The notes under the pieces were generated by a model that saw only the letters and a list, made by a program, of their open reading frames with translations, did not search any database and was not told the DNA's origin. From contig CAMYVW010000003.1 of assembly GCA_947302655.1 (NCBI GenBank), positions 12,280 to 76,279 on the forward strand: a DNA stretch of 64,000 nucleotides, in the 5' to 3' direction. Source of the DNA: an uncultured Mycoplasmatota bacterium. GTDB taxonomy: Bacteria > Bacillota_I > Bacilli_A > RF39 > UBA660. Positions 39,232 through 48,854 of the stretch are shown here, piece after piece (position 1 is the stretch's first letter; each line of letters begins with the position of its first letter). Made by a program: the position numbers and the translations under genes.

Positions 39232-40824
39232 ACTATTTAACAGTTTGGAATTTTGTACAATAAACCATATTTTTTCAACAGATAGTGTACTTTTTTCTAT
39301 TTTATAAATCCTTTTAATGAACTCTATTTTATTAACTAGTACATCTAAGTTATCTTCATCTAAATCTTCAGAATTAATGTTAATATTTTCCATACGATAT
39401 CTATCTGATATTATTGAAGAAATACTAGCATCATCATTTATGCTAATTCCTTTAATTATTACATTATTTGGATTAGAAGCAAAATCATCAAATTGATCGC
39501 AAAGTTCTACAAATTGATTAGGGTCATCATGATCAAATATTTCTTTAAAAATTTCAATTTTAAAGAAAGTATAACAATAAAACAAATTAACAATATCACT
39601 TACATGTATGTTTCTATCAGATTGAAGCAATGAAATTTGTTTTTCAAACAATAACTTATCTCTTTTTAAATACATATCAAACAATTTGTTAGCTTGTTCT
39701 AATGAGGCATCTGTTGATTTTGATACAGCCTTATTTTTCTTGTTAAATAATGAACCAACATTTTTTACAAAATCTAATTTATTTGATCCTGTTAGCTTTG
39801 AAATAATTGCATTAATATCCTTTTCAACTTTTTTGATCTCATTATCAACATCACTAACAGTTCTCTTCTTAGAATAGTTTTCTTTAAAATATTCAAATAA
39901 AGGCATAAATTTTAAATAATACTTATACTCTATTGCATTCTGTTTCAATTTTTCTAAAACTGCAAGTAACTTGTTCATAGTCGCTTCATCACTATAATCG
40001 ATTTCATTAATTGTTAAAGTAGAAAGGGTAGTACTTCTAAATTTACTATCTTCAAAATAATTATTTATATCAATATCATTTTTAATTGCTTTTTCAACAA
40101 TATCAGCAATATCTTCTTCTAAAGAACTAGAGTAATCATTATAAAGTTTAGAATATTTATCTTTTAAATCATCATTTGATGATGATTTAGTATCAGCAAG
40201 AATCTTCTTCTTTTCATTTGCAATATATTCTTCAAAGTTCTTCTTATACTTATCAATCAAAATTATAAAATTCAGTTCGATGTGTTTTATAATATCATGA
40301 TTTTTCCAATATATTTCTTCAAACACTTTTGATAAGCCATCATAATTGTTCTTTGATTCAAAGTAAACTGTCATATATTTATTAACATATGAGGTTAAAT
40401 TAAAATCATCACTTTTTAAAACGACACCGGCCTTTTTGAATTTTTCAATTATGTTACTTATAAATATATTTATGTCTTCAAAAGTGTATTCAGAGTAAGA
40501 ATTTATATCATAAATAGCTTCATCAAGCTTAAGTTTTTCTTTAAATGAATTGCATGTATTAAATAAAAATAGTTTATCTTTAAAATCATCTAAAGATTTT
40601 TTAATCTTTTCTATATCATGTTTTTCTGATGAATATTTAAATGATGAACTTTTAGCGTTTATATATTTTGTAACTGCATCTTTGTAGTAATTATAAGACT
40701 TTAAAATTTCATCAATTTTTTGATTATATTTTTTTTGATTTGTTTTGTTATTTGTTGGAAGCGATTGAATCAAGGTTTTCTTTGATTCAATATCATTATT
40801 TATAAAATCCAAAAAATTATTCAT
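39217..40824 (-). CDS. hypothetical cytoplasmic Lys/Glu/Asp-rich protein (no TM, coiled-coil-like)
   Basis: I chose the start at MNNFLDF because GGAAGGAG lies 9 nt upstream. I recognise no domain in its ~535 aa. Confidence 0.45.
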   Translation of the reverse strand: MNNFLDFINNDIESKKTLIQSLPTNNKTNQKKYNQKIDEILKSYNYYKDAVTKYINAKSSSFKYSSEKHDIEKIKKSLDDFKDKLFLFNTCNSFKEKLKLDEAIYDINSYSEYTFEDINIFISNIIEKFKKAGVVLKSDDFNLTSYVNKYMTVYFESKNNYDGLSKVFEEIYWKNHDIIKHIELNFIILIDKYKKNFEEYIANEKKKILADTKSSSNDDLKDKYSKLYNDYSSSLEEDIADIVEKAIKNDIDINNYFEDSKFRSTTLSTLTINEIDYSDEATMNKLLAVLEKLKQNAIEYKYYLKFMPLFEYFKENYSKKRTVSDVDNEIKKVEKDINAIISKLTGSNKLDFVKNVGSLFNKKNKAVSKSTDASLEQANKLFDMYLKRDKLLFEKQISLLQSDRNIHVSDIVNLFYCYTFFKIEIFKEIFDHDDPNQFVELCDQFDDFASNPNNVIIKGISINDDASISSIISDRYRMENININSEDLDEDNLDVLVNKIEFIKRIYKIEKSTLSVEKIWFIVQNSKLLNSKDEK

Positions 40825-40951
40825 TATTAGCATCTCCTTCCTCTAATTTAGAGTCTTCTAGAAATGCGATGAATGAATTGATTGCATCTAATGTTTCAAT
40901 TAACTCTTTTAAAGTTAAATAAGACATATCAAAGTCTTTCTTAGCTTCCAC
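40817..40951 (-). CDS. small acidic protein (44 aa), translationally coupled to the 538-aa gene
   Basis: RBS AAGGGTGA followed by a GTG start (VEAKKDFDMSYLTLKELIETLDAINSFIAFLEDSKLEEGDANNE). Its stop overlaps the next start (ATGAATAA). Confidence 0.3.
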   Translation of the reverse strand: MEAKKDFDMSYLTLKELIETLDAINSFIAFLEDSKLEEGDANNE

Positions 40952-40966
40952 TAGTCATCACCCTTT

Positions 40967-41686
40967 TTAAATTTCTTTATCATATTTTTTAACATCAATT
41001 TCTTTAAATTCAGAATTGAATTCCATATGTAATTTTATTTCTCCACCAAGTAAATTGTCTGTGCAGTCAATATCAGAACCTTCAAGCCAAACAACAATAG
41101 TATATTTATCAATATCACCAGGTTTAAAGTTTTCCCTGTGATCAAGAGTAACTAACTTATCATTTTGAAAAGGTATGGTTCCTTCTTCGGGATTCCCATT
41201 TATACCTATCTTAGCATATGTTGTAGGTTCACCATTTTTATATATTCTAATTCTTATGGCAGTATCAATATTTTTTATTACATCATCAATAATTGTTTCT
41301 GACCAATAATCAGATGTATCAGTACCTGTATTTTCAATGTAAAAAGTATAAGCTATATAATTATCACCATTATGGGAACCATCAATATTATCAATATTTT
41401 CAGGTAACCATTTATAAGATATGTTGTCAAAATAATCTACTGCTTTTGCATATAATTCACTTCTAAACACCTTATAATCCGGATCATCATATATGATTAT
41501 TCCTCTTTCAAAATAAAGGTTCTTATCTAGTGTAATAGTAAAATTTCCATTGTTGTAAATAATTCTCATAACAATATAGGCTAGAAGAAGTAATAAAAGT
41601 ATTACAAGAACAGTTAATCTAACAATTCGTCTAATTTTTTTCTTTTTGCTAAGTTTTTTTACGCTAACTTCAACTTCATGACTCAT
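40967..41686 (-). CDS. membrane-anchored protein sharing the C-terminal W-x-EG-x-DID motif of the TasA-like subunits
   Basis: KKKKIRRIVRLTVLVILLLLLLAYIV… is an uncleaved-looking anchor with no YAWF box. …KYTIVVWLEGSDIDCTDNLLGGEIKLHMEFNSEF compares with VYIWIEGQDIDNYDF…VNFGFTKE. Confidence 0.45.
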   Translation of the reverse strand: MSHEVEVSVKKLSKKKKIRRIVRLTVLVILLLLLLAYIVMRIIYNNGNFTITLDKNLYFERGIIIYDDPDYKVFRSELYAKAVDYFDNISYKWLPENIDNIDGSHNGDNYIAYTFYIENTGTDTSDYWSETIIDDVIKNIDTAIRIRIYKNGEPTTYAKIGINGNPEEGTIPFQNDKLVTLDHRENFKPGDIDKYTIVVWLEGSDIDCTDNLLGGEIKLHMEFNSEFKEIDVKKYDKEI

Positions 41687-41875
41687 GCCTACCATCACCA
41701 TACACTATTCTAGTTAATTATAGAAAAATTAAAATTGAATGTCAATTATATCTAATCAATTTTAAATTAACATATATATTTACAGTAATTTACAAAATTA
41801 TGTACAGTTTGCTTTGCAAATAAATTGTATAGAACTGTAAAATATACTATAATATTTACAAAAGGAGGATTATGT

Positions 41876-42499
41876 GTGAAAAAAGTTTATTTACTATTAA
41901 TACTAGTTTCTTTTTCATTCTGTCTTTCTTTTATGAGCAGCACATACTCTAGGTATGTAGCTGGAACAACAGGAAATATTGACATACCATTTGCCAAATG
42001 GCAAATTCTTTTAAATACCCAAGATATTACTAGTCAAAATAATTCACAGTTAACATTTACCCCTGTAATTGAAACATCAAATAATGTAAATAGTGGTACA
42101 ATAGCTCCTTCATCAAAAGGATACTTTGATATAAGTATTAACCCTGAAAATGTTGATGTATCATTTAGTTACGCTATTAGTTTATCAATAGATGAAGAAA
42201 ATCTACCTGACCTTATTATTACAAAATATGCTATATTACCAGATAATTTTCAAGAAGGAGATACATTACAATACTCTACAATCACAAACAATATTATTGA
42301 AAATAGTCTTTACTATAACAACAACATTCAAAACTTTAGTTTCTCAGAATTTACAATTAGAGTATATTTTGAATGGCTAGAAAATGATCAAAATGAAGTA
42401 ATGGATGATGATGATGATACACAAGTGGGATTGGACGCTGCAGATCAAGAGACAACATTTAATATCTCTGCAAATATATCATTTGAACAAATAGTATAA
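41876..42499 (+). CDS. TasA-like secreted protein with SipW-cognate-like signal (divergently transcribed)
   Basis: AGGAGG followed by a GTG start gives MKKVYLLLILVSFSFCLSFMSSTYSRYVAGTTGNIDIPFAKW…GTIAPSSKGYFDISINPENVDVSFSYAISL. Confidence 0.5.
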   Translation: MKKVYLLLILVSFSFCLSFMSSTYSRYVAGTTGNIDIPFAKWQILLNTQDITSQNNSQLTFTPVIETSNNVNSGTIAPSSKGYFDISINPENVDVSFSYAISLSIDEENLPDLIITKYAILPDNFQEGDTLQYSTITNNIIENSLYYNNNIQNFSFSEFTIRVYFEWLENDQNEVMDDDDDTQVGLDAADQETTFNISANISFEQIV

Positions 42500-42524
42500 A
42501 ACTTCGGTACTTATACCGAAGTTT

Positions 42525-43412
42525 TTATTTTGAAATAATTAATACTTGACCTATTTGTAAAGTACTACTTTTTAAATTGTTCAATTTAATTAAGTCAGAT
42601 ACTGTTGTATTAAATTTCCTTGATATACCATAAAGTGTATCGCCTTTTTTAACTATATATTTATTAGTAGATGGCAATATCAACTTCTGACCTATAGAAA
42701 TAAGATTGCTAGATAAATTATTTATTTCTTTTAATTTATTAACTGAAGTACCATATTTAGAAGCAATACTCCATAAAGTGTCACCTTTTTTCACAATATA
42801 ATAATTATTATTATCAATTTTTACAGGACTATAATTGTAACCCATATATTCAGCTAATGACTTAACAACTGCTTCAGCTAAAGTCTCATAATTATTCTTT
42901 ATTTGATTAACATCGTCTTTAGAGCTATCAACAAAACCATATTCCATAAGAATAGATTCATTATTTGCAGTGTCTCTTATAATAAAATAATAATCTTTTG
43001 AAGAGTTGCTTGGTAACCTTCTTTGATAATACTTTCTTACATTTTGACCACTAAGTAACATATTATCAGATATTTTTTTAGATAAAGCATCATTATTTCT
43101 TAAAGCATAAATAATTTCAGCTCCGTCTCCTCCACCGGAATTAAGATGATTTGAAATAACAATTACATCATTTCCAGTCCCATAAATATTTTTAATTCTA
43201 TTAACTCTTTCATTAGGAGATAAAGTCTCATCTTTAGTTCTAGTTAATGTATTTGGAATGCCTAGATCATTTAATCGTTTAGACATATATTGGCTAATTT
43301 TTAAATTATAATCTTTTTCAACTATTCCATTAGCACTTGTGCCCGGATCGGCTCCTCCATGTCCAGGATCAATAACTACTTTTTTAGGAACTCTTTCGTC
43401 CATGATTATCAC
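42525..43412 (-). CDS. N-acetylmuramoyl-L-alanine amidase (Amidase_3) with two C-terminal LysM domains
   Basis: VVIDPGHGGADPGTSANGIVEKDYNLKIS…, plus two KKGDTL(W/Y)…IGQ(K/V)L LysM repeats. Confidence 0.8.
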   Translation of the reverse strand: MIIMDERVPKKVVIDPGHGGADPGTSANGIVEKDYNLKISQYMSKRLNDLGIPNTLTRTKDETLSPNERVNRIKNIYGTGNDVIVISNHLNSGGGDGAEIIYALRNNDALSKKISDNMLLSGQNVRKYYQRRLPSNSSKDYYFIIRDTANNESILMEYGFVDSSKDDVNQIKNNYETLAEAVVKSLAEYMGYNYSPVKIDNNNYYIVKKGDTLWSIASKYGTSVNKLKEINNLSSNLISIGQKLILPSTNKYIVKKGDTLYGISRKFNTTVSDLIKLNNLKSSTLQIGQVLIISK

Positions 43413-43473
43413 CTAAAATAATATATGTATAATATTTTAATTCGTTAAAAAAATAGAAACTAGCGTTTCTATT

Positions 43474-44136
43474 TTATTTTTGATCAATAAAATACCATTC
43501 CATAAATCGATTGCTCATATATTTATCATCATATTTACGATCGATATATTTTTCTAAACGATTACTCGGTTTTAATTCTCTGTGCCTTTCCGACCATCTA
43601 TATATACATATAGAAGTAAATAACAAATTAAAAATCATGAATATAGTAAAAATTGGCAATATAATTTTAAAAAATTTGTTGTAGGTGATTTTTAAACACT
43701 TTTTTATTAATGGAATAAATTGTTCAAAAACAATTCCAAATAAACCCCAAACAATAAACATAAATAAACAAATATATCCTCTATAATTCAGAAAGGAATT
43801 TTCATAACTCCACGCTCTCATGCCTAAACCAAAATCAAGGAGTATGCCGCATACTAGCTCAACAAAAGTACCCAAAAAAGCATAGATTATAAATTGTAAA
43901 AATATATTCTTCTTTTTAAAATAATTACAAAAGATATAATAAAAAACAACACCTACACCATAAATAATACAAAAATGTCCATAAATAGAAACTACATGTG
44001 ATTCCCATTTACCAAACTTTATTAAACAATAAAAACCTTCAATTATTAATCCAAAATATGATGCAGCTATAAAAAGCCAAAATAAATCCGAATATGTAAT
44101 TTTACTTTTTTCTTCCACAATAACACCTATATTCAA
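43474..44136 (-). CDS. polytopic membrane protein (DUF1113-like)
   Basis: 220 aa with about six TM helices. Confidence 0.35.
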   Translation of the reverse strand: MNIGVIVEEKSKITYSDLFWLFIAASYFGLIIEGFYCLIKFGKWESHVVSIYGHFCIIYGVGVVFYYIFCNYFKKKNIFLQFIIYAFLGTFVELVCGILLDFGLGMRAWSYENSFLNYRGYICLFMFIVWGLFGIVFEQFIPLIKKCLKITYNKFFKIILPIFTIFMIFNLLFTSICIYRWSERHRELKPSNRLEKYIDRKYDDKYMSNRFMEWYFIDQK

Positions 44137-44160
44137 TATAAAAAAATAATGATTAAATCA

Positions 44161-44580
44161 TTATTTTTGATATACGTAACCTTGTTTTTCGAATCTTTCT
44201 ATGATTTCTTTTTTAGAAAAATTTGACACTTCTGATATATCTTTTTCACTATAATGCATAACTACTTTACTGCCTTCTTGTTTAACATCAAGATACTCGC
44301 CTTCATCTTTGTAGATGCTTGCAATTTCACCAGCAATATCTTTATCATCATAAATCAAAGTTACTATTACGTCGTTTACCTTTTTATTTTTATAAACTAC
44401 TTCGATTTCAGATAATAAAATATCATCACGCACTTGTTCAAATTTTAAAGTACTGTTTTCAGCCTTTTCATTATTTGATGTTTTATTTGCTTTTGTTGCA
44501 AATATAGTTATTAGAATAATCGCAATAATTAAAACTAAAATTGCTATTATTAGCTTAAAATTAAACTTTGTATTTTTCAT
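44161..44580 (-). CDS. membrane-anchored/lipoprotein-like hypothetical protein
   Basis: RBS GAGGTG followed by ATG (MKNTKFNFKLIIAILVLIIAIILI…). Confidence 0.4.
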   Translation of the reverse strand: MKNTKFNFKLIIAILVLIIAIILITIFATKANKTSNNEKAENSTLKFEQVRDDILLSEIEVVYKNKKVNDVIVTLIYDDKDIAGEIASIYKDEGEYLDVKQEGSKVVMHYSEKDISEVSNFSKKEIIERFEKQGYVYQK

Positions 44581-44648
44581 TGTACACCTCGTTATTAACG
44601 TATTAATTTTATCATATGATATATATTTATTCAAATTAACTAAACTAA

Positions 44649-45605
44649 TTATTTCATGTCAGAAATTTTTTTATAGTTTGGAGGAAATCCCATTCTATCA
44701 AGTACTTTTATAATATCAATGGTTTTAAGTTTTCCTTCAAGTATATCAATTTCATAAGATATTTCATGAAGCATCAAGTTGAAATTATCACTTCTTAACA
44801 CTTGTTTAAAAATAATAATTAATGAGAAAACATCATTTAGCCCATAGATATACTCTTCATCTTTTTTCGGAATGTTCAAAAGATGATGATAAGTTGTTGG
44901 TTTAATAAAAGTAAAACTTTTATGTTCATAACATATATCTTCATGTGCACATAAATTTCTATAATTACTTAATATAGGTAAATAAACCATTAATTCATCT
45001 ACTTTTACATTAAAATATGACGCTATTTCCTCTTGATCTTCTTTTTGCAAAATACTATATAATTCACTAACAATTCCAAATGATAATACTTTTACAACAA
45101 CCCAAAGTGGTAAATATCCATAATTATCAATATAATGTCTTGTCGCATTATGTTGTTTTCCATTTACTCTTATTTGTCTTTTCATTTTTTTAATCAAATC
45201 ATTAATTTGTCTGATTCTCTTTGGATCTTTAGTAAACATCGATGGATCTAAATATGTGCTTTCTTTATAACCATGATTTTTTGATATAACATAAGAAAAA
45301 ATACTCTTAACGTTGTTTTCAATAATCATTATGTTTTTAAAAAGAATATTTCTTAGTTGTCTATCAAAACAAAATAATCCATACAATTCTGAAAAATTAG
45401 TACCAGGAATAAATTGATTACTATTTGATGAAATTAAAAAAACATGTCTATAACCATTTATAAAAAAATAGTTTTCACGAATTAATACTTCTCCAGGGTT
45501 ATTAAAATCTGTAAAATCTAAACCTTTTCCTTTTAATATATCAATCTGTTCATCAATAGTTTTAAATATCTTCTTGCCCACTATGTTCACCCTACTTTTA
45601 TTCAT
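44649..45605 (-). CDS. Abi_2-family (AbiD/AbiF-like) abortive-infection protein
   Basis: …FKTIDEQIDILKGKGL…NILFKNIMIIENNVKSIF…YGYLPLWVVVKVLSFGIVSELY…NYRNLCAHEDICYEH… matches the Abi_2 signature. Confidence 0.6.
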   Translation of the reverse strand: MNKSRVNIVGKKIFKTIDEQIDILKGKGLDFTDFNNPGEVLIRENYFFINGYRHVFLISSNSNQFIPGTNFSELYGLFCFDRQLRNILFKNIMIIENNVKSIFSYVISKNHGYKESTYLDPSMFTKDPKRIRQINDLIKKMKRQIRVNGKQHNATRHYIDNYGYLPLWVVVKVLSFGIVSELYSILQKEDQEEIASYFNVKVDELMVYLPILSNYRNLCAHEDICYEHKSFTFIKPTTYHHLLNIPKKDEEYIYGLNDVFSLIIIFKQVLRSDNFNLMLHEISYEIDILEGKLKTIDIIKVLDRMGFPPNYKKISDMK

Positions 45606-45670
45606 TATAACACACATTAATAATTTCTACTCAGAAAAATAATGTGGTATAATCATCTTTGGTGATTAAC

Positions 45671-46651
45671 ATGCCATCAATATATTTACATAATTATTTT
45701 AGTAAAGATGTTTATAGCAAGCTTAAAAAAGAAAATGTTATGCTTCCAAAAGATAAATATGAATTTTTGATTTTTTCACAAAGTTTTGATTATTTATTTA
45801 GTTATAATTTTTTATCATTAAAAAGAGGAAAAAAAATCAGAAAGTTAGGTCACTATGCACACTTGCATAAAGTATGGCCTTATTTCGAAAATATTATTAC
45901 ATATATGAAAAAAAATAAACTATATGATGATGGTAACATAAGTTACTTATATGGTTCACTGTCTCACTATGCACTTGATAGTACATTTCATCCATACATT
46001 CATTATATAAGTGGAAGATTTTCAAAAAAACATAGAAAAGAAACCAAAAAATATATGGGTTACCACGCAATAAATGAAATAATGCTTGATGTAATTTATT
46101 ACTATAAAAACAACAACATAAAATATTATAATTATAAACTATATAATGATGCAGACTTCTTCAAAAAAGTATATTTTAGTCAGCCATTACAAAATACAAT
46201 AAATTATGCATTTAAAAATACCTTTAATTTAGAAAATGGTGCCAAAATATATAATGACGCATATTTACAATATAAAAATATATACAAATATCTAATGCAC
46301 GATAAAACAGGTTTAAAGAAAGTTTTCTACAAATTAATTGATTTAATAACTCCATTTAAAAACTTTAAATCATATTCTTACTCTCATCATATAAAAAAAA
46401 TTAATAATGATGTATTAAACCTAGAAAAAAACACATGGCTTCATCCAATAACTGGAGAAAAGCACAATGAATCAGTAGAAGAATTATATAAAATTGCATC
46501 AAAAAAACTTATATCGTACATAAAAGTAGTAAATGAATACTTTCAAGGAAAATGTAACATAAGTAAGGTCAAAAAAATAATAGGAAATAATTCATACTCA
46601 ACAAATTTAGATGCAGATGAACGTGTAACATTCCAATATTTTAGATATTAA
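45671..46651 (+). CDS. Zn-dependent phospholipase C-like domain protein (cytoplasmic)
   Basis: MPSIYLHNYF…HYAHLHKVWPYF…SHYALDSTFHPYIHY… resembles the His-rich Zn-ligand pattern of PF00882-type proteins. RBS GGTGAT. Confidence 0.4.
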   Translation: MPSIYLHNYFSKDVYSKLKKENVMLPKDKYEFLIFSQSFDYLFSYNFLSLKRGKKIRKLGHYAHLHKVWPYFENIITYMKKNKLYDDGNISYLYGSLSHYALDSTFHPYIHYISGRFSKKHRKETKKYMGYHAINEIMLDVIYYYKNNNIKYYNYKLYNDADFFKKVYFSQPLQNTINYAFKNTFNLENGAKIYNDAYLQYKNIYKYLMHDKTGLKKVFYKLIDLITPFKNFKSYSYSHHIKKINNDVLNLEKNTWLHPITGEKHNESVEELYKIASKKLISYIKVVNEYFQGKCNISKVKKIIGNNSYSTNLDADERVTFQYFRY

Positions 46652-46681
46652 AAAACTTAAGAATAAAAATTCTTAAGTTTT

Positions 46682-47806
46682 TTAATTTATTATATTTTCC
46701 CATTTTTTTACAACTTTATCAGGAATAAAATTTGAAGAAATACTTAATGAGGTGTTTCCATAACTTGAAAGGGTTTTTCTATCATCTAAAATTTGAATAA
46801 TCTCCCTAGCCATTTCCTCTTTATTTCGATCCTTAATTAATAATTCTTTATTATCTATCAACTCACAAGCACCTTCAGCACTGTCAAAAGCAATTGCAGG
46901 GACACCATGTGAAAATGACTCAAGTAAAGATATTCCAAAAGATTCAGTAAAAGATGTCATTACATAAAGAGCTGCTTTTGATAAATGATTATTTACAAAA
47001 TCAGAACTTTGAAAGCCATAAAAGATAACATTATCCTGAAGTTTTTTTTCTAAAACATATGATTTTATCTCATTAAATAAAGGTCCATCTCCAATAAGCT
47101 CTAATTTAATATTATTGATAGTATCCTTAATTATTTCAACCACATCAATTAAATCAAATAAACCTTTTTCCTTAGAAAACCTTGATACATTAATTAATAT
47201 GTTACTATCAAGTTTTGAAATAACAGGTTTTTTAATATCAATCATATTAGGAATATAAACACATTTACAATGACAATTTTTCATTGATTCAGCGTAGTCA
47301 TTATAAAGAGACTTTGAAACTAAGACGAAATAATCTAAATTTTCTGCCGACTTAATAACATCATTAAAATATTTATTATTATTTTGATGATGATTATGCT
47401 CCCAGGCAATTTTTTTAATATTACTTTTTCCATATTTAGAAAGAAGTCTATTATGATAAATTCTTGTTGAAATAATAACATCAGCATCAGAATTTTTAAT
47501 TTCTTTAATCATTAATTTCTTTTTTAGCATTATAATTTTAATCGATTTAATTCCCAAAATAAATGCTTTAAAAAAGCGAAATGATTTTACATACTTTTTA
47601 AAAAGGTCACGTTCTGGTTTCAAATTATTAATAAGATATCGCACTGTTACTTTATTATTGATATCATATGCTGGCTTATTATTAATATTATAGGTTGAAA
47701 TAATTTCTACATTAAAATATGGTGTTAAATTATTAGCAAGATCGACTATAGCTTTTTCTATACCACCATGATTTAAATGAAGCGCTAATATTTGTACTTT
47801 TTTCAC
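46682..47806 (-). CDS. GT4-family glycosyltransferase
   Basis: …TESFGISLLESFSHGVPAIAFD… shows the E-x7-E motif. Confidence 0.75.
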   Translation of the reverse strand: MKKVQILALHLNHGGIEKAIVDLANNLTPYFNVEIISTYNINNKPAYDINNKVTVRYLINNLKPERDLFKKYVKSFRFFKAFILGIKSIKIIMLKKKLMIKEIKNSDADVIISTRIYHNRLLSKYGKSNIKKIAWEHNHHQNNNKYFNDVIKSAENLDYFVLVSKSLYNDYAESMKNCHCKCVYIPNMIDIKKPVISKLDSNILINVSRFSKEKGLFDLIDVVEIIKDTINNIKLELIGDGPLFNEIKSYVLEKKLQDNVIFYGFQSSDFVNNHLSKAALYVMTSFTESFGISLLESFSHGVPAIAFDSAEGACELIDNKELLIKDRNKEEMAREIIQILDDRKTLSSYGNTSLSISSNFIPDKVVKKWENIIN

Positions 47807-47810
47807 AAAA

Positions 47811-48854
47811 TCACCTGTTATTAATAAAACTATCCAAAGTCTTTAATAGTTTTTGATTTTCTACCCAGAAATTATTATTACCATTATACATGACTTTTCT
47901 TAATATAATATCATTAACTTGATTAGCAATAATTTCGATATCTGGTGAAACAATATATGTATTGCTGTTTTTAAAATCAACACAAGTTGATATGATTGGT
48001 TTTTGTAGTACTCGCGCTTCAATCATAGTTGTCGAAGAATCAAAGGATTCAGATGTGTTAATAATATAATCAGCTAATTTCATATAAGGATATGGATTTG
48101 TTTTGTAACCAAAAAAGGAAACATATTCATTGATACCCAAATCTTTAACCAATATTTTTAAGTTAACTAAGTCTGGTCCGTCTCCAAGAATCCATAAATG
48201 TACATGTGTATTTAATTTAACAAGATTTGCCATCATTTTAATCATTAAAGTATAGTTTCTTGATCTATCATTTAAAGTACCAGCAGCTACCAAAAGAGTT
48301 GTATTATTTGGTTTAGTGGTTTCAATATGAGCATTACTTAATTTTATAATATGTTCATTATTTACTAAATAATCAAGAATATAGCTTTTGTTTTTTGTTT
48401 GCGGAAAATCATTTGTAAAAGTATTTAATAAATTTTCATTAGAGAAAATAATTCTTTTAAAACTTAAAACTCCATATTTGGAAATAAAATCATGAAATTT
48501 AGATTTAACCATATATATATTACTGTAATTCTTATGGATATATACAGCATTATTTTTTGAGGCTTTTTTAACTAAATCGCCAAGTTTAGCATTACCAATA
48601 TCATATAAAAGAGAAAATGAATACTTGTGAAACATTTTGATTTTATCGAAAAATTTTAAATTATCACCAGTAAATGGTGAATATATAATCCTAACAGACT
48701 TTGGAATTTGCGATAATAATGCGGACTGAGAATTACCAAATATTAAATCAACATCATATTTAGAATAATCTATGTTCACAAGTAAATTAATTAAACTAAT
48801 ACCGATGCTATTAGGATTAAGACTATTAACTCCTATTAGAACTCTCTTTTTCAT
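47811..48854 (-). CDS. glycosyltransferase (GT4-like)
   Basis: 347 aa, GT-B fold-like; …SESFDSSTTMIEARVLQKPIIST. Confidence 0.55.
   Translation of the reverse strand: MKKRVLIGVNSLNPNSIGISLINLLVNIDYSKYDVDLIFGNSQSALLSQIPKSVRIIYSPFTGDNLKFFDKIKMFHKYSFSLLYDIGNAKLGDLVKKASKNNAVYIHKNYSNIYMVKSKFHDFISKYGVLSFKRIIFSNENLLNTFTNDFPQTKNKSYILDYLVNNEHIIKLSNAHIETTKPNNTTLLVAAGTLNDRSRNYTLMIKMMANLVKLNTHVHLWILGDGPDLVNLKILVKDLGINEYVSFFGYKTNPYPYMKLADYIINTSESFDSSTTMIEARVLQKPIISTCVDFKNSNTYIVSPDIEIIANQVNDIILRKVMYNGNNNFWVENQKLLKTLDSFINNR

Noticed and set aside
22766-42499. Possibility that the YAWF-box proteins are type IV pilins/pseudopilins or sortase-dependent pilins
   Set aside because: They have no G/FTLIE class III prepilin motif and no prepilin peptidase or secretion ATPase genes. 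They have no LPxTG sorting signal and no sortase. The leader matches the SipW-cognate (TasA) class, and SipW genes are present.
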